Source of the DNA: Elsinoe ampelina
Lineage: Eukaryota
Length of the DNA: 64,000 nucleotides
Direction: 5' to 3'
Assembly: GCA_010093995.1 (NCBI GenBank)
Contig: ML992511.1
Coordinates: forward strand, 850,155-914,154
Part shown: piece by piece, positions 1 through 14,519 of the stretch
Layout: each line of letters begins with the position of its first letter
How positions within the stretch are numbered: position 1 is the first letter of the stretch
Notes under the pieces: model-generated
The model's input: only the letters and a program-made list of their open reading frames with translations
Databases searched by the model: none
Told to the model about the DNA's origin: nothing
Program-made: the position numbers and the translations under genes

Positions 1-1793
1 AGAACTTAAGGCTTATTCTTATAAGAAGCAATTTTAAGAGGCTATAAAGGTTAAATTACTTACTTTATACTTAAAACATATATAGACTATTATACTAGTA
101 GCTTAAGCTACTAGTAAGCCTATCTCTTTAATATAGGTATTTACTTATAAAGTTAATAACAAAGGAAAAGTTATAAAGTATAAAGTAAAAGTCTATATAA
201 GAAGTAATCTCTAATTAATAGAATCTAAGACTTATATAGTAACTCTAGCAGCTAAGATCTTTAGAATGCTTATAGTATTACTTGCTTATAAAGATATAAA
301 GGCTATCTAGATAGATGTTATTAATGTCTATATTAATAGTCCTATTAATAAGACTACCTACTATACTATTCCTACTAGATTTAAGCTAGTAGTAGAGGAT
401 CTTATAAAGGACTATCCTAGTATTACTCTATTAGAGGCAATTCTATTGCTTAATAAGGCACTATATAGCCTAAAGTAAGTCTTAGCTCTCTAGTATACTA
501 AATTCACTACTACTTTAAAGAGTATTAGATTTACTTAAGCCCCTAAGGCTCTATACCTCTAGATAATACCTAAAGTAATAATCTTCTTCTTTATAGATAA
601 TATTACTATTATATATCTTAAGAAGCACAAGGAGAAAGCTAATATTATTATTATAGCTCTCTATACTAAATATAAAATAAAGGTACTTAGAGATCTAAGC
701 TAGTTTCTAGCTATCTAAGTTATAAGGGATAGACTAATAAAGAGACTTTAGCTTAGCTAAGCCTAGTATATATAATAGATATATAGCAAGTTTATTATAG
801 AACTAATAAGGCTAGTATTAACACTACTACTAATTAAGATACTCTAACCTTATAAAGGCTAAGTATTACTATAAGAGATCTACCTATATTAGTAAAAAGT
901 AAAATCTATTAACTCTATAGTAGTTATTATAAGGCCTAATATAGCCTTTGCTACTTCTAGATTATTAAAGCATCTAATAAATCTATTACTAACTTACTAG
1001 AGAATAGCAAATAGAGTAATCTAATATCTCTATAAAACTAAGAATTTAGCTCTTACCTTTAATAGCTTAATACTACTACTAATCTTTTAAGCTTTATTAG
1101 ATACTAGCTTTAGTAGCTACCTAATAAGAAAGAGCCTTTAAAGTTATCTCTTTAAAATATTTTAAGGATTAATTAACTAGAAGGCTATAAAGCAACTAAT
1201 AGTTATAACATTAACCATAAAAACTAAACTACTTACTCTTATAAAGACTACTAAGCAAGCTATATAGTAGAGAAGGCTAATAGCCTCTATCTATCCCCTT
1301 AAACATGTTAGTATTTAGTATAACAATTAGTAAACTATTAGTCTTATTACTACTCTAATTAAGAAACTAAATATATATCTTTACTATATTAATATTTATT
1401 ATTATTAGCTAAAACAAGAGATTAATTAAGCTAGAGATCTATCTAGTCCTATCTTAGTTACATAGACACTATTAGTAGATATACTAGCTAATAGATTTAC
1501 TAAATTATTACTACTTAGGAGGTATAAGGCCTTCTTATAATAGCTATCCCTTAAGTTAGTAGTCTACTAACTAGCTATTATAGAGTTATAGCTATTTAGT
1601 AAAGGGGTGTATTAACCGAGGTATAAGCTAGAGCGCTAAGAAGACCCTAAGTTAGTTTATCCTAAGGTTAAACTAAACACTATCTTACTATTTTACTAAT
1701 CTATAATTAAATTACATTACGAAATCCCTAACGCTAGGGAGCTATATTAGACTACTTCTAAGCAACTAACTTAGTTTAACTTAGTTTAATACA
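1..1793 (+). mobile_element. Ty1/copia LTR retrotransposon, 3' part (RT-RNase H, PPT, 3' LTR), RIP-inactivated
   Basis: De-RIP motifs WVFTYK..KYKxxxxxRGDLQ (~135-215), QMDVxNAY (~308), KALYGLKQ (~455), FFFVDDI (~585), DxLADGFTK (~1478); purine tract AAAGGGG at 1601-1607 directly before the LTR. Confidence 0.92.
1608..1793 (+). repeat. copia 3' LTR (186 bp)
   Basis: Begins TGTATTAA right after the PPT and ends TTAATACA (perfect 8-bp terminal inverted repeat, TG...CA). Confidence 0.85.
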
Positions 1794-1949
1794 ATCCCCT
1801 AGTTACCTCTAGGTTCTACTTAGAAGTAATATAGTTTTTCCCTGTAGAAATCTAAAACCTCTAATACGTAGCAAACAGAGACGGCCTAATAGTAGATAGT
1901 ACACTATATATATCTCTTATCTTAGTTTAAGCGTTTCTTAGTTCGCAAA

Positions 1950-3930
1950 GTAATTAGTTCGTGTCTACTCTATAAGCTTAATAATATTAATTATAGAAAT
2001 ATTATATTACGTAGCTTACCTTGTAGTATATATTATATATATCTATATATTATATAGACCTTATAATTCGTCTACTACGTCTAGAAAATTATACAAGGTT
2101 ACTAGAATATATATATTACTTTATATTCTATCTAATGCTACTCTTAATAATAATATATATACTATCTTCTTGTAATTCTATATTCTTATCCCTTAGTTCT
2201 ATAAAAGCATCTCTATCTAGCGGATATCTATCCTCCTTAATGTCTAAGATACTACTACTATACTTTAGGCCGATTCGGTACTATAAGACTAGTTTACGTA
2301 GTAGGCCTCTAAACTTCTTATATACGAAGGATAAAAAGTTTATCTACGTCTATATACCTAAGAAATCCTTCTACTATGCCTCGACCGCTAGTAAATCGCT
2401 ATTAAGTTATCTGTCTTAGAATAGTATAGTACACGTATAATTAAGTAGCCTAGGTAAATATCGCTATTAAGTCTATTAATTCTCGTGTATACTAACTATA
2501 ACCTAACTTAGTTTAGTAGTAGTTAAAGTCATAACGAGGTTACTATCTATATTAGGTATCTACGCCGGCCGTGTTTCTATTATAGAAGTCGCTATAGAGC
2601 GATTTAGTACTTCGCTTCTATACGCGAACTAAGTAGTACCTTAATACGCTATAATAGAGTATTCGGCCTTAATTAGACACTCTTCTTAATCTATTAGTAT
2701 TAAACTTAAGAAGCTAATAGAAGAATTAAGCTTACCTCTTAAAAGGTACTTAGTAGAAGTATTTCGTAACGGTGCTATATAATAGCTATTACCCTCGCTA
2801 TTAGGCCTATTATTATATACCTAACTTCTCTATAAGTTAGTTTAAAGTTAGATAGGCCGAACTAAAACGAGAAGGTATATATACACCTTTCCCTTATATC
2901 TTCTCTATCTAATAGTCTCTCTATAGTATTAGCGTAAAGAGATATATTTAATACTACTACTATAATAGTAAGTCTATTTCTCTCGACGCACTTAGCGAAG
3001 CTAAGTTTTAGCTAACGAAGGATAAGAATCTATCTCGGGCTAATCTACGCTAGGAAGTTATTCTAAATGCTTAGTTAGACATAATTAAGTTCTAAAGGTT
3101 CTATACATTTAAATACTAGTATTCCCTTAGGTAAGTAGGACTTAACTCTATTTACTTACTTAACTAAGAGTATATAAATTATTACTAGAAGGGAGGAAAT
3201 AAGAAAGAGTATTAGTTTGTTAAAGTAATAGTAAGTGCTAGCTATTATAGCTAAGCCTACACGTCTAATAAAGGCTACTCGGAAGGCTTTATATATTAAA
3301 GGACTCCTAAAGCATTTACGCTACTATATATAAGTAATTAATTAATAAGTATATCTAGCGCGTACTAAATTGCTATCCTTATATTAGTACTTTCTTTCCT
3401 CTAGTAGCCTACGTATCTAATTCGATAGCTCGCTATTCTCTAGCCTCTTAGCTAGCTATTCGTAGTAGAGTATCTTACTTACTATTCGTGTAATGTTATT
3501 ATAACTATAGTAAAGTGCCTCTCGGAGCTATATGTATATTAATAAGTAATTAGCTTTAGCTACGTAACCTACTTTACTAGCTATAACTATAGAAGAGTAT
3601 TTGCCTATAGTCCTTTATAGATAAAGTACTAGTAGCTAGTTACGAACTAAGCGCTAGTACTATGTAATTCGTAGGAGTAGCTATTAATTGTCTAATATTA
3701 GTAATATTATATTATAATCTACTTTAATAGCTATACTTATATATAGATTGTTACGTACTACCTTAAAAATGTCGAGATACTAGTTTAGTACGTTCTATTG
3801 CCTCTGCTTTACTATCTTAACTAGCGTAGAGACTAATATTAGGCTATTCTTGTCGGGTTATAGCTTCCTTAAACTCGGATCGAGAGTAGCAATGTCTAAT
3901 TTATGCCTTCTCCTTTGTCTTTAATATTAT
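1950..3930 (-). pseudogene. RIP-degraded ORF, unknown protein
   Basis: One minus-strand frame reads as protein-like once TAG/TAA are treated as RIP products; no domain recognised; ends approximate. Confidence 0.35.
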
Positions 3931-4599
3931 ATTTATAGCCTATATAGTTAGCTTAGTCTCCTTTAATGCTAAAGCCTTACTCTACTTTATCCTAGTTAAA
4001 ATAACCTAAATTATTATCTTTAGAATACTTATTAGTCTTATAGTCTAAGCTATATAGGCACTAACATACCTAAGACATCTTAGTTTATAATAGTTCTAAT
4101 AAAGAGGTATATAGGTATAAGAGAGTTAGCAAGGTAGGCTAGAATAATACATGCTATAAGAGGAATAGATAGTTATCTTATATACGTTATAGTGACTTAG
4201 CGTTAGTTTAAGTTAGATAATAGCTTAGTTAGGTGTTTAAAGTGCGTAACTTTCTTCTAATTAGAATTAGTTATATCTGCCTATACCCTAAGGTAATCTT
4301 AACTAGTAAGGGTATTAAATTAGACTTGTAGCTAGGTCTAACTTATAGAGTGCTAATTGCTAGAAGCTAAACTAAAAAAGAAAGCTACTTAAACTTACTT
4401 AGACTAAATACTTAAACTAAATATAGTATTTGTTATTAGGTTAAGTAACAATTAGAGTAGAAATATATAGAGAGAAATTGTAGATTAAACTTAGACCGAG
4501 CAATTATATACTAATTTAAAAGACTATAGGAACTAGCTATTATATATATAGACAGGTAGTATAATTTATATAGTAGCTCCCTTATTAATTATATTAGTA

Positions 4600-6265
4600 G
4601 TTCTCCCTTTGCTAAGTAGTATATCTTCTAAGTGCTAAAAGCATTAATTACTTACTATCTCGCTATCTAGGGTGTCTAAATAAGACATACTAGATAGAGT
4701 AGCTTATCTTCTACTAATTATGTCGTAATAGGGAGCAGGTGTTAATTAGCTATTAGTAACTATATATAGTAATAGTAGAGTAGCACTATTAGTATAGCGT
4801 CGTATACTCTTATTTAATCCGAATAAGCCTCTTAACACTCTACTAGTAAGGTCTATAGAGGCAACGCTAAACGCGTAAAAAGCTTTACTAATATACATCC
4901 TAAGTATATTATTCTCTTACTAGAGTTGTCCGATTAAGCTTACATTCTTCTCCGCTATTAATTGTAATTAGCCTACTTCCTACTAAACAAGTATAATATC
5001 TTCCTCTAGGAGTTACTATCTATTAAGCTATTTAGGCTACTAGGTCCTATATTGCTTTTACTAGCTACTAACGTAATTATACTCTTCTCTATATATATAT
5101 AGTAGAGAGCTTCTAATTTAAGCCTCTAGCTAGTTAGGGAGACTATTAGAAGACTATACTTTAACACCTAAACAGATAAGAGAAGCCTATATACTTAATC
5201 CTATAGTTTAGATGTTAGCTGCTAGAGAAATAAGGTTAGTACAATTAATATCTATACTTAGGAGCCTAGCCGAAAGATACTAATAGACTTAATAGATTAA
5301 TAGTAGAAGGATAAATAAGTAATTCTAAAGGGTAATTTAGTTAAAAGGTAAGGAAGGATAAAGCGTAGTAAACGAACTAAAACTCTAGGGTTTAGTAGTA
5401 GATATAGCTTAGCGTAGATTACTCTACTACTTTTTAGTTCGACTTAGTCTACTACTAGACTATTCTCCTTTATACTTGCTTTAGCTAGATACTTTCCTTA
5501 ATCTTATTACCTTATTAGGATATAAAGAAGTAAACTGTGTAATATCTTAGATAAGATAATAGCCTTAAACTAGATAGTATTCTCTATTATAGCGAAATAT
5601 AGTATTCTATTGTCCTTCTAACCTATAACATTGCTTTACTTGTTATATATATAGTAGTCTATTATAATTAATATTACTCTTAGCTAATTAAACTTAATAT
5701 CTATATTCTCCTTAGATATAGTAGTTATAGCTTTATAACATATAAGTAGAAGATCTCTAATTAAGTAGATAGAATATATCTCTCTATCCTTACGAACTAC
5801 TAATAGTATATTATCTAGTTAATTAGAGAGTAAAGGCGCTTATAATTATAATTAGCAATTTAAGGATTTATTCGAGGTAAGTATATTAGCACTATTCTAT
5901 GCTTCTCTAGGCTTATATAATCTTAAGTGTAACTATACCTACTAACGTCTAAAATTAGTACTTATCTTATAGACGAGAGCATAGAAGGTAGCTTAACTAT
6001 TGCTACTCTCTAAGAGCTCTATTATACGCTAAAACGTGTACTAAATGTTATTACTATCTAGTACTACTAGAAGTACTTTCTTCTCTAACCTTCTCCTATT
6101 AGAAATTGACCTAAATATTCTTCTAACTATGCCTTTACCTATTATAATATCCTCTAAGAGACTATATAAGTCTCTATAGCCTTTATCGTCGAGAGTAAGA
6201 GCTTGCTTAATAGCTTCGATTAAGTATATTACTAGTTAATAAGAAGTAGATATAGGTGTAGCTAT
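4600..6265 (-). pseudogene. RIP-degraded ORF, unknown protein
   Basis: Minus frame near 6265-6000 reads ...IEAIKQALTLDDKGYRDLYSLLEDIIIGKG... with few stops; no domain recognised; 3' end approximate. Confidence 0.4.
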
Positions 6266-6480
6266 AGAGAGGAGAAGAGAGTAGAAGAGTAGTAGTATAG
6301 ATAGTAATTCGGTGTAAGTGTTACTTACAATAGATAAGCCTTAGATCTTAGTTTACTTACGAGAGAGGCATACTAGAATTATGCTTAGTTATAATTAGTT
6401 AGCCTAAACTAACACTTGTAGAACTATAAAGTTTAACACGCTAAACTTTATCTCCTCTTAGTTTTATTATATGCTTATTA

Positions 6481-7257
6481 TATAGCGATATAACTACATT
6501 ACAAATACAATTTGTAATAATGCTTTAGTTTATACTCTCTACTTATACTAACCTAAACGTAGGTGTCGGTGTCTCTAGTATAACCTTTTCTCTTCTCTCT
6601 ATCTAACCTTAATAATAGCTAGCTATCTATTATAGCGGATCCCCTACCTAGTATACTATAATTATCTATTACTATATATATAATAGCGACTCTAACATTT
6701 ACTCCTACCTTACTATTACTACTACTTCTAATAGTATTCTCTACACTAGCTATATTATATTTATAGAATTAACTACTACTAGTACCTAGTAGTTACGCCG
6801 GAGTAAATCTATTATAGTATACCTCTCTATCTTACCTACTACGCTGCTATAGGCTTAAGGGTATATAAGGAGACTCCGATACTTCTTTCTCTCTCTCTAC
6901 TACCGCTGCTCTCTATAGCTTCTTTTACACTAGCTACGTATTATTAGTAGGATTAGCTACTATCTCTACCTAGTAGCTATAACTAAGCGAATCTATCGCG
7001 GAGCATCTCCTAATCTTATAGATAGCGCTACTAGGGGTTCTAGCATACGTAAAGAGAGTAGAGGAGCTAGCATCTACTAGGAATTACTTGCCTTATAGTA
7101 TAAGAATATTAAGGGGAGAATTATAGAGGAATAACTAGTATAACAAAGGGGAAGAGATAGAGGTATATCGCGGGCAAAGATACGTCTACTACCTTCTACT
7201 AGATAGTAGCTTACTATAGAGAGTATCGTAGGTAGAGCTATATTAGTAGTATTCTCT
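6481..7257 (+). repeat. 777-bp direct repeat A, copy 1 (minus-strand Pro-rich ORF remnant)
   Basis: Co-linear with 13743-14519 (offset 7262 at both ends); differences are mostly transitions. Confidence 0.92.
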
Positions 7258-8079
7258 TTTATAATTACTTTTATAGCAAGGTTTTATTATTAGTAGCGCT
7301 TTATTATAACTTTCTTACGTTAGTAATATACTTCTTTCTATGTAGATTATATACCTATTACTTTAATCCTTCTTCTCTAACTAGTAAATAAAATCTCCTT
7401 ATCTAATATATATAAGTATACTATATATCTTTCTTTATTCCTTATTATTTGTCTTGTCTCTTATCTACTATAAAGACATTAAGGTTATCGCTTTATACGA
7501 TAATACTCTTTATTAAATAGTTTACTAGCTGTTTAAAGCATATATAACTTTATATATAGTACTAATATATAAGTGTTTAGTATAGTTAATTACTTTAATA
7601 CTAATTTTCTACAATAATTAGTACTTATAATATTCTCCGATAGCTATGTTTTATTTACTTACCTAATTTACGCCCTATAATATTTATTAGTAGTAAACTA
7701 ACTTATTTACTTTTAGTTCTAGTATCGACCTAATATTAGTAATTATTATATATTACTATTAGCACGTACGAAATATAGACTTAGTTAACCTAGTTTACTT
7801 TTAGGTCGAGGCCTAAACTAGATCTTAGTTATAAGTATACTACTTACTTTAGTATACTATCTTAAATATAAATTTTATTATATTTAAAAAGTTACTACCT
7901 ACTTTCCGTATAGCATTTTAATATTATACTAGGTAGTAGGTATTTATAATTGCTACTATTTACTCTATAGCGCTTAACTTACTACGCTTAGTTCCTAGCT
8001 ATATAATCTTAACCTCTCTAACCTTACCTACCTTATATAATACCTTTACTAGTAGATATTCTTACACTTATTAAATACA

Positions 8080-11000
8080 TATAATAGTACTATACTACTA
8101 AAGATAAAGAAGCTAAAGGTCGCTACTAAACCTATAGAAAAGATTCTACTTAATAACCTTATACTAGCTCTTATTAAGAATATGCTTTATAATAACAATG
8201 TTAGTAAGAAATCTATCTAATTCTTCTTTAATTAGGACAACTAGCAATACTCTATTACATTTATAAGAATAAAGGAAATAATCTTAAAAGTCTTTACAGA
8301 ATCTAATATTAAAATTAAGAAATAAGATAGAAGCGAGTTACGTAATTCTAAGGTGCTTAAAGTACGTCTTAAAATTAAAACTAGACTACTAAATAGCACA
8401 CTTAACAATTTCTAGCTCTTTGTTAACTAACTAGATCGGAAAGATCTAGACTAGTTTAAGGAGAACTTATAGACTATAGTTAATATTAATAAGATAAAAG
8501 CTATATAGCGATTATTCCGAAATACTATATAATTAATAAGGGCAAATCTCCTATTAGTTAAAAGGGAAAGAATAACGTTACTAGGCAAAGAAGGCACCTA
8601 GAGTCTATATCCTTTAGCTACCTTGTCTATATAGACACTAACGCTCTCCTAAGTAAGAATACTATCCTTAGAGAGATATACAACTCGTGTAAAGACAGGC
8701 AATAAGAGATTAGATTTATATATATAGCCTCGTTATAGAATGTTTAGCTTTAACTAGGGGCTAGCGTCTAATTATATCTAGATTAACATTAAATTCGCTA
8801 TAATCTAGATTATAGAGGTTATTAAAGTAGATACTATCCCGTATCTAACATTAAGAAAGAATATCCGCGTCTATGACTTAATAAAGCCTAGTACTAGCAA
8901 GGACAAGAATTGTTACATTAATTACTACATTAGTAAGCTTAGGTAGATCCTTAACATTAGAGGTAATTACCTCTAACTTTACTAGCTTAACGTATATAAC
9001 TCTATATAAGTCTTTACTATTAAAGACTCTTTTAATCTAGACGCCGCTATTACTAAGCATGTTATAACTCTTATCCCTAGTACCTATAAGATCTTTCTCT
9101 ATCTTACTCCTTCCGTAGCATCTATTAAAGATCTTCTTAACTTTATATAAAGTAAGTTTACCTCTTCCTTGTTTATCTATATATACTAACACTTATAGAT
9201 AACTCTTATTAATATTATAGTAGCTAGTAACTACTTCCTATAGCCGAGGCTACTATAGAAGAGAACTCGGAAGTGTTTCTTACTCCTAAGAAGCTTCGCT
9301 TTATAGATATTAATACTAATAAGAAGCGTAAAGAAGATTAGTAGAAAAAGAATATTATAATATAGAATGTTTAATACCTGTAATAGCAACTAAACCGCTA
9401 AAGGCAAGAGCGGTAATGCTACTATATTTTATTTACTATTATGTTATTTATAAAACTATTTAGTTCTTAACTAATAAAGTTTTATTTAGCTCGTTCTACT
9501 CCTAAGAGGCTATAGCTCCTATAAATCCTGCAATTTCTGTTATTATTATTGTAAGTAAACTTGCTCGATAGTCCTATAACTATAGCTAGATAGATTTTAA
9601 CTAACCTAGCGACTTAGTTTAAGGTATAGTTTTACTTTATATAGTTTTAGAAGAATATAGCTCCTTCTTCCCTACTAGAAGAACATAGCCTATTTAGACT
9701 ATAGTATATGCCGCTAAGGCGCTATCTATGTTCCTACTGCTTTAATAGCTTAAAGAATATTATATAAGCTACTATACACCTAAGGCTAGCTATCTATCTA
9801 GATAAATATAATCTCTCGAAGCTCTCTAATACCTCTCCTAAGTTCTACTTTGTTACTAGTAACTTTCTATAGCTCGCCTAGTACGCTATAATATATTAGA
9901 GTAAAGAGAGTAAGTCTAAGAAGATAATAACTTACTTCTACTAATATAAGATTAATATTAGTATTAAAAAAGTAATATGTTCTTAATATTATTAACAATA
10001 GAAATAAAGTAATACTACTATAGATATAATAGACTAGAGCGTTTAATAATAAGTAAAACAAGTTAGTAGGATAGAATCTTATCCCCTATTATAGTAGAAG
10101 TAATAGTATAAGTTTTAGTTCTATACCGAACTTAGAGTTAACTAAATTAAATAAGAATAGTATAGTGCTATAAAGGAGCGCGTAGGCGTTACTACTAACA
10201 TAGTTATTAGACTTTACTCTTATATACTAGCGAGGTTTATATATAGTATACTTAGAAGTTAATAAAGAATTTCCGCTAACTATTATTAGTTCTAGCTACT
10301 ACCTTCTAATAAATAGTAGAGATGCTTTAGGTTAGGTTACACCTCCTAACTAAGTACAAACTTAAGTTAGTTTAGTTAGTCTAAAACTAGAGATAAACTT
10401 ATTTTATATTAGGGCAAATAAGTTCTTTAAGGGAATACTATAACGCCTAGCTATCTTATACCTCTCCTCGTTAGGTAATTGCTACTTAGCATTAGTATAG
10501 CTCTACTAACTACATACGTAGGTTTAGTATTAAGCTTAACATTTAATATAAAGTCGATTATACTAAGAGAAAAGGATTAGATACCTACTACTTAATAAAG
10601 GTAGCTTTGATATAGTAGAGCTAGTCTCTATCTATAGGCGGTAAAGACATACCTATTACAAAGAATAAGAGAGGATAAACTAGACATAATTTGACTTAAT
10701 ATTACTATATAATATAATAAGAGGTAGCTCTTTACCTATACAAAGGTAATATAAGAATAGTTAAAGTCTATTATAGCCCCCTTTTCGTAAATATAATAGT
10801 TACTTCTCGTTTCTAGTTCGAAATCTTCGTATTAGTCCTTATATAGATAGCTAGACTTCTATTTATTCCTCTCGACATGTATCTTAACCTAATTATAAAA
10901 CATCTAGTAGCTACGCCTACTTTTATGTCTTATTAGGTTTAAGATATTTCTAACTAAAACTCTAAAGTTTTAATCGAGGATAGATATCTTATTTCTTTAG

Positions 11001-12000
11001 TAGCACTATATATATAAATTACTTTACGTATAGGGGAGTATACCTTAACTACAATTATAGAGATACTATATAGGAGAAAGTAGTATAGGATAATATCTAT
11101 ATTTAACAAGTAAAAGGAACCTAGAGGTAATTATGCTAGATGTTGTTACAAGCTTACTTTATTCGCTCTACTACCCTGCTAGTATAGGAAGAGTAATAAT
11201 ATTGACCGACATTGTAGTAGAGGCTATAGACACTTCTTAGACTTTATACTCTAAGCCGAAGTAGTAGACAAGTATATAGCTAGCACTATACCAGATTAGG
11301 AATATAAGGCCTTTATATTATTATCCCTAAGATTATAGAATAGAAAGCCCGTAGTTAGAAGACTAAGAGGTAGTAAGGGATTATTTATACGTATAACTCT
11401 ATAGCGCTAGTAGTAGCTATAGTAGTTAGTTCGACTTAGTTAGTCTAGTTTAGTTGTTACTAATAAGAGAGCTATATCTATAATAACTTAAGAGAATCCT
11501 AAATAGCTAAGCTATTAGGATTAGTAAGAGTAATAAAGTTGTCGTTATTAATTATAGAGAGAAGTCTATAGTAAGCTATATAGGCATTATTAAGGTAGCT
11601 ATATTAAAGTAAACTTACTTCGAGAAGGCTACGCTAGTTAGTTCGTAACTAGGAATAGTATATAGTTCTATAATAAGTAGAGTACTAGTACTTCTACCTT
11701 AATAGTGTAACTTTGCTTAATATAAAGTTAGTATATAGATCTAATTATTATAGTAGGCTTCCGATAGTGCCTTAGAGAATATAATATTCGCTAGCGTAGA
11801 TATAATAATAGCGTTTATGCTTAAGCTAACTATACTATTCTATTAGCTAAAGAAGTAAGTTAACTATAGCTATAATATACTAACGATAATATAGAAGGTT
11901 ATATAAGACAATATAGCAAAGCAGACGAACTAAAAGTATAGTTATTTAAACTAATAGAGGAGTAATAGTAAATTATTAATTTATCCTTATTAAGATTAGT
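8080..12000 (+). pseudogene. SNF2-like helicase paralogue 1 (diverged, RIP-degraded)
   Basis: Patchy nucleotide similarity to 15443-19420 at ~7.3-7.4 kb offset (e.g. GACTAGTTTAAG at ~8450 and ~15785; 11410-11560 vs 18841-18990). Motif-equivalent segments: LDK(E)YN(G)LSKL at ~9798, NKFF (DEF-) at 10417, N(D)SVTLLN(D) at ~11701. Confidence 0.55.
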
Positions 12001-12480
12001 TAAGGGAACGCCTACAATTTTCACCTAAAAAGCACTAGTTTTAGTTTAGCGAACTAATTAACTACCCCTAATAGATTAACTATAGGCATAAACGACTTAA
12101 CGTTATATAGCTAAGGCGTCTTTATATACTGCTATTACTATTTTTTTATAGAGGCTATTTATAACTAACTTATTACAATACTAGTAATAAGTTAAGACAC
12201 GAGATAGTAAGAGCTATAAATCGTTTACTAGCTAAAATCATTATACCTACGTAGTACTCTCTGTTTTATAATTACTATAAAAGCCTCTACTAAGGACAAT
12301 AGCGCGACAATAGCTAATTAAGTATAGCATTTAATATTGTCCTTAAGTAAGGGACGGCTAATAAACTCTATTACCTAGATATATTAGAGTAAACTCTATC
12401 TCGATGTGTCTAGTACTATAGTATAGATACAATTTTAGCTTTAGTCCGCCGACGCTATATAATAGCTTAGTTCTATTAGC

Positions 12481-12954
12481 TCTACTACGAATTATAGTAA
12501 ATAAGAACTAAACTAAGTAACGAGGTAGAAATAATAGTCTATAGCTAGTATAGAGTGTCCTTTCCCCTTTGCCTACTATATAGTATAGTATAGTAGATAA
12601 TCCTCTTAGTCTCTTTACTAACCTCGACTCTCGACCTCTAGCATATAGAACGGATAGTAATAGTAATAGTAGGCTCGATAGCAACGTATATAAGGAAGAG
12701 AAGGGCATAGATAAAGTTATAATAGAAGACATACACGAGAAAGAGTAAGTAATTACAGTAAGCATAACTAGTAGCACGTCTATAGGGTAGAGTACTAGGA
12801 GGTTATCCTTATCTAGTAGAGCTATATCTAATCGTACTACATTTAAGATAGTAACTAGTATACTAGCTAGTAGCGAGGAGTTAGTAATAGATATAGTTTA
12901 TTCTTAGTTTGCGTTAACTAATCTTATCTAGATCTCTCTAAGTCTATAATATAT
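12481..12954 (+). repeat. ~474-bp direct repeat B, copy 1 (acidic first exon shared with the Plavaka transposase)
   Basis: Co-linear with 19923-20396 (offset 7442); diverges from the transposase after 12954. Confidence 0.9.
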
Positions 12955-13320
12955 CCTTTGCCCCGAGCAATTAATAAGATATAGCTTAGCTAGGGACTCT
13001 TAGCTTAGCGCTCTAACGTTTAATAAAAGGTAAGCTACTAACTTAGATAGATAATTTTAATTCAAGTTAGGTCATTATAGTAGAAGCGCCTTCTAGTAGA
13101 ATATACTTACTAGCCCCTATACAATGTTCTAATAAATCTACTTCTACCTACGTAAGGGTACTAAAGATATATCTAAGTTACACACGTAAAGGCTATAGTA
13201 GTCTAACTAATAGCAAAACAGTGTTTACTAGTAGAAAGCTTACTCGGCTTAAATTTAGTAGTATAAATCGTCGCTTTACTCTATCTCTAGCATGTTATAT
13301 ATAGTAGTAGTAGAGGGCGG

Positions 13321-13616
13321 CTAGTAGGGGATAGCTAGTAGTTTATTATGTTAAACTAATAATTTCTTAGTTCTCTCTCTTAAAGTTTAAAGATAACCTA
13401 AAATTTCAACCTAACTATAGCTAGCAAGGGATAGCTAGTAGTTTATTGCATCGAACTAATAATTTCTTAGTTCTCTCTCTTAAAGTTTAAAGATAACCTA
13501 AAATTTTAACCTAACTATAGCTAGTAGAGGACAGCTAGTAGTTTATTACGTCGAACTAATAATTTCTTAGTTCTCTCTCTTAAAGTTTAAAGATGACCTA
13601 AAATTTCAACCTAACT
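13321..13616 (+). repeat. tandem repeat, 3 x 100 bp
   Basis: Units start at 13321, 13421 and 13521 (CTAG...GCTAGTAGTTTATT...TTCTCTCTCTTAAAGTTTAAAGAT...CCTAACTA). Confidence 0.97.
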
Positions 13617-13742
13617 AAATTAAGCACTTCTTAGAACTTAATTACGTAATGCTATTTAATTATGTTCTTCTCTAAAGTTAAGTATTATATGTTTAGAGAC
13701 TTATAATCTTTATAGTATTATAAACGTGTTATAAACTCTATT

Positions 13743-14519
13743 TATAGCGATATAACTACATTGTAGATACGATTTACTATAACGCCTTAGTTTACGCCCT
13801 CTACTTATACTAACCTAAATATAGGCGTTAGTGTCCCTAGTATAACCTTTTCTCTCCTCTCTATTTAACCTTAATAATAGCTAGCTATCTATTATAGCGG
13901 ATCTCCTGCCTAGTATACTATAATTATCTATTGCTATATATATAATAGTAACTCTAACATTTACTTCTACCTCGCTATTGCTACTACTTCTAATAGTATT
14001 CTCTATACCGGCTATATTATATTTGTAGAATTAACTACCGCTAGTACCTAGTAGTTATACCGGAGTAAATCTATTATAGTATACCTCTCTATCTTGCCTA
14101 CTACGCCGCTATAGGCTTAAGGATATATAAGGAGACTCTAATACCTCTTTCTCTCTCCCCGCTACTACTACTCTCTATAGCTTCCTTTACACTAGCTACG
14201 TATTATTAGTAGAACTAGCTACCGTCTTTATCTAGTAGCTATAACTAAGTAAATCTATTATAGAGTATCTCTTAATCTTATAGATAGCGCTACTAGAGGT
14301 TCTAGCATATATAAAGAGAATAGAGAAGCTAGTGTCTACTAGAGATTATCTGCCTTATAGTATAAGAATATTAAGGGGAGAATTATAGAGGAATAACTAG
14401 TATAACAAAGAGGAAGAGATAGAGGAATATCGTAGGTAAAGATATGTCTACTACCTCCTACTAGATAGTAGCTTACTATAGAGAGTATCGTAGGCAGAGC
14501 TATACTAGTAGTATTCTCT
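13743..14519 (+). repeat. 777-bp direct repeat A, copy 2
   Basis: Matches 6481-7257. Confidence 0.92.
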
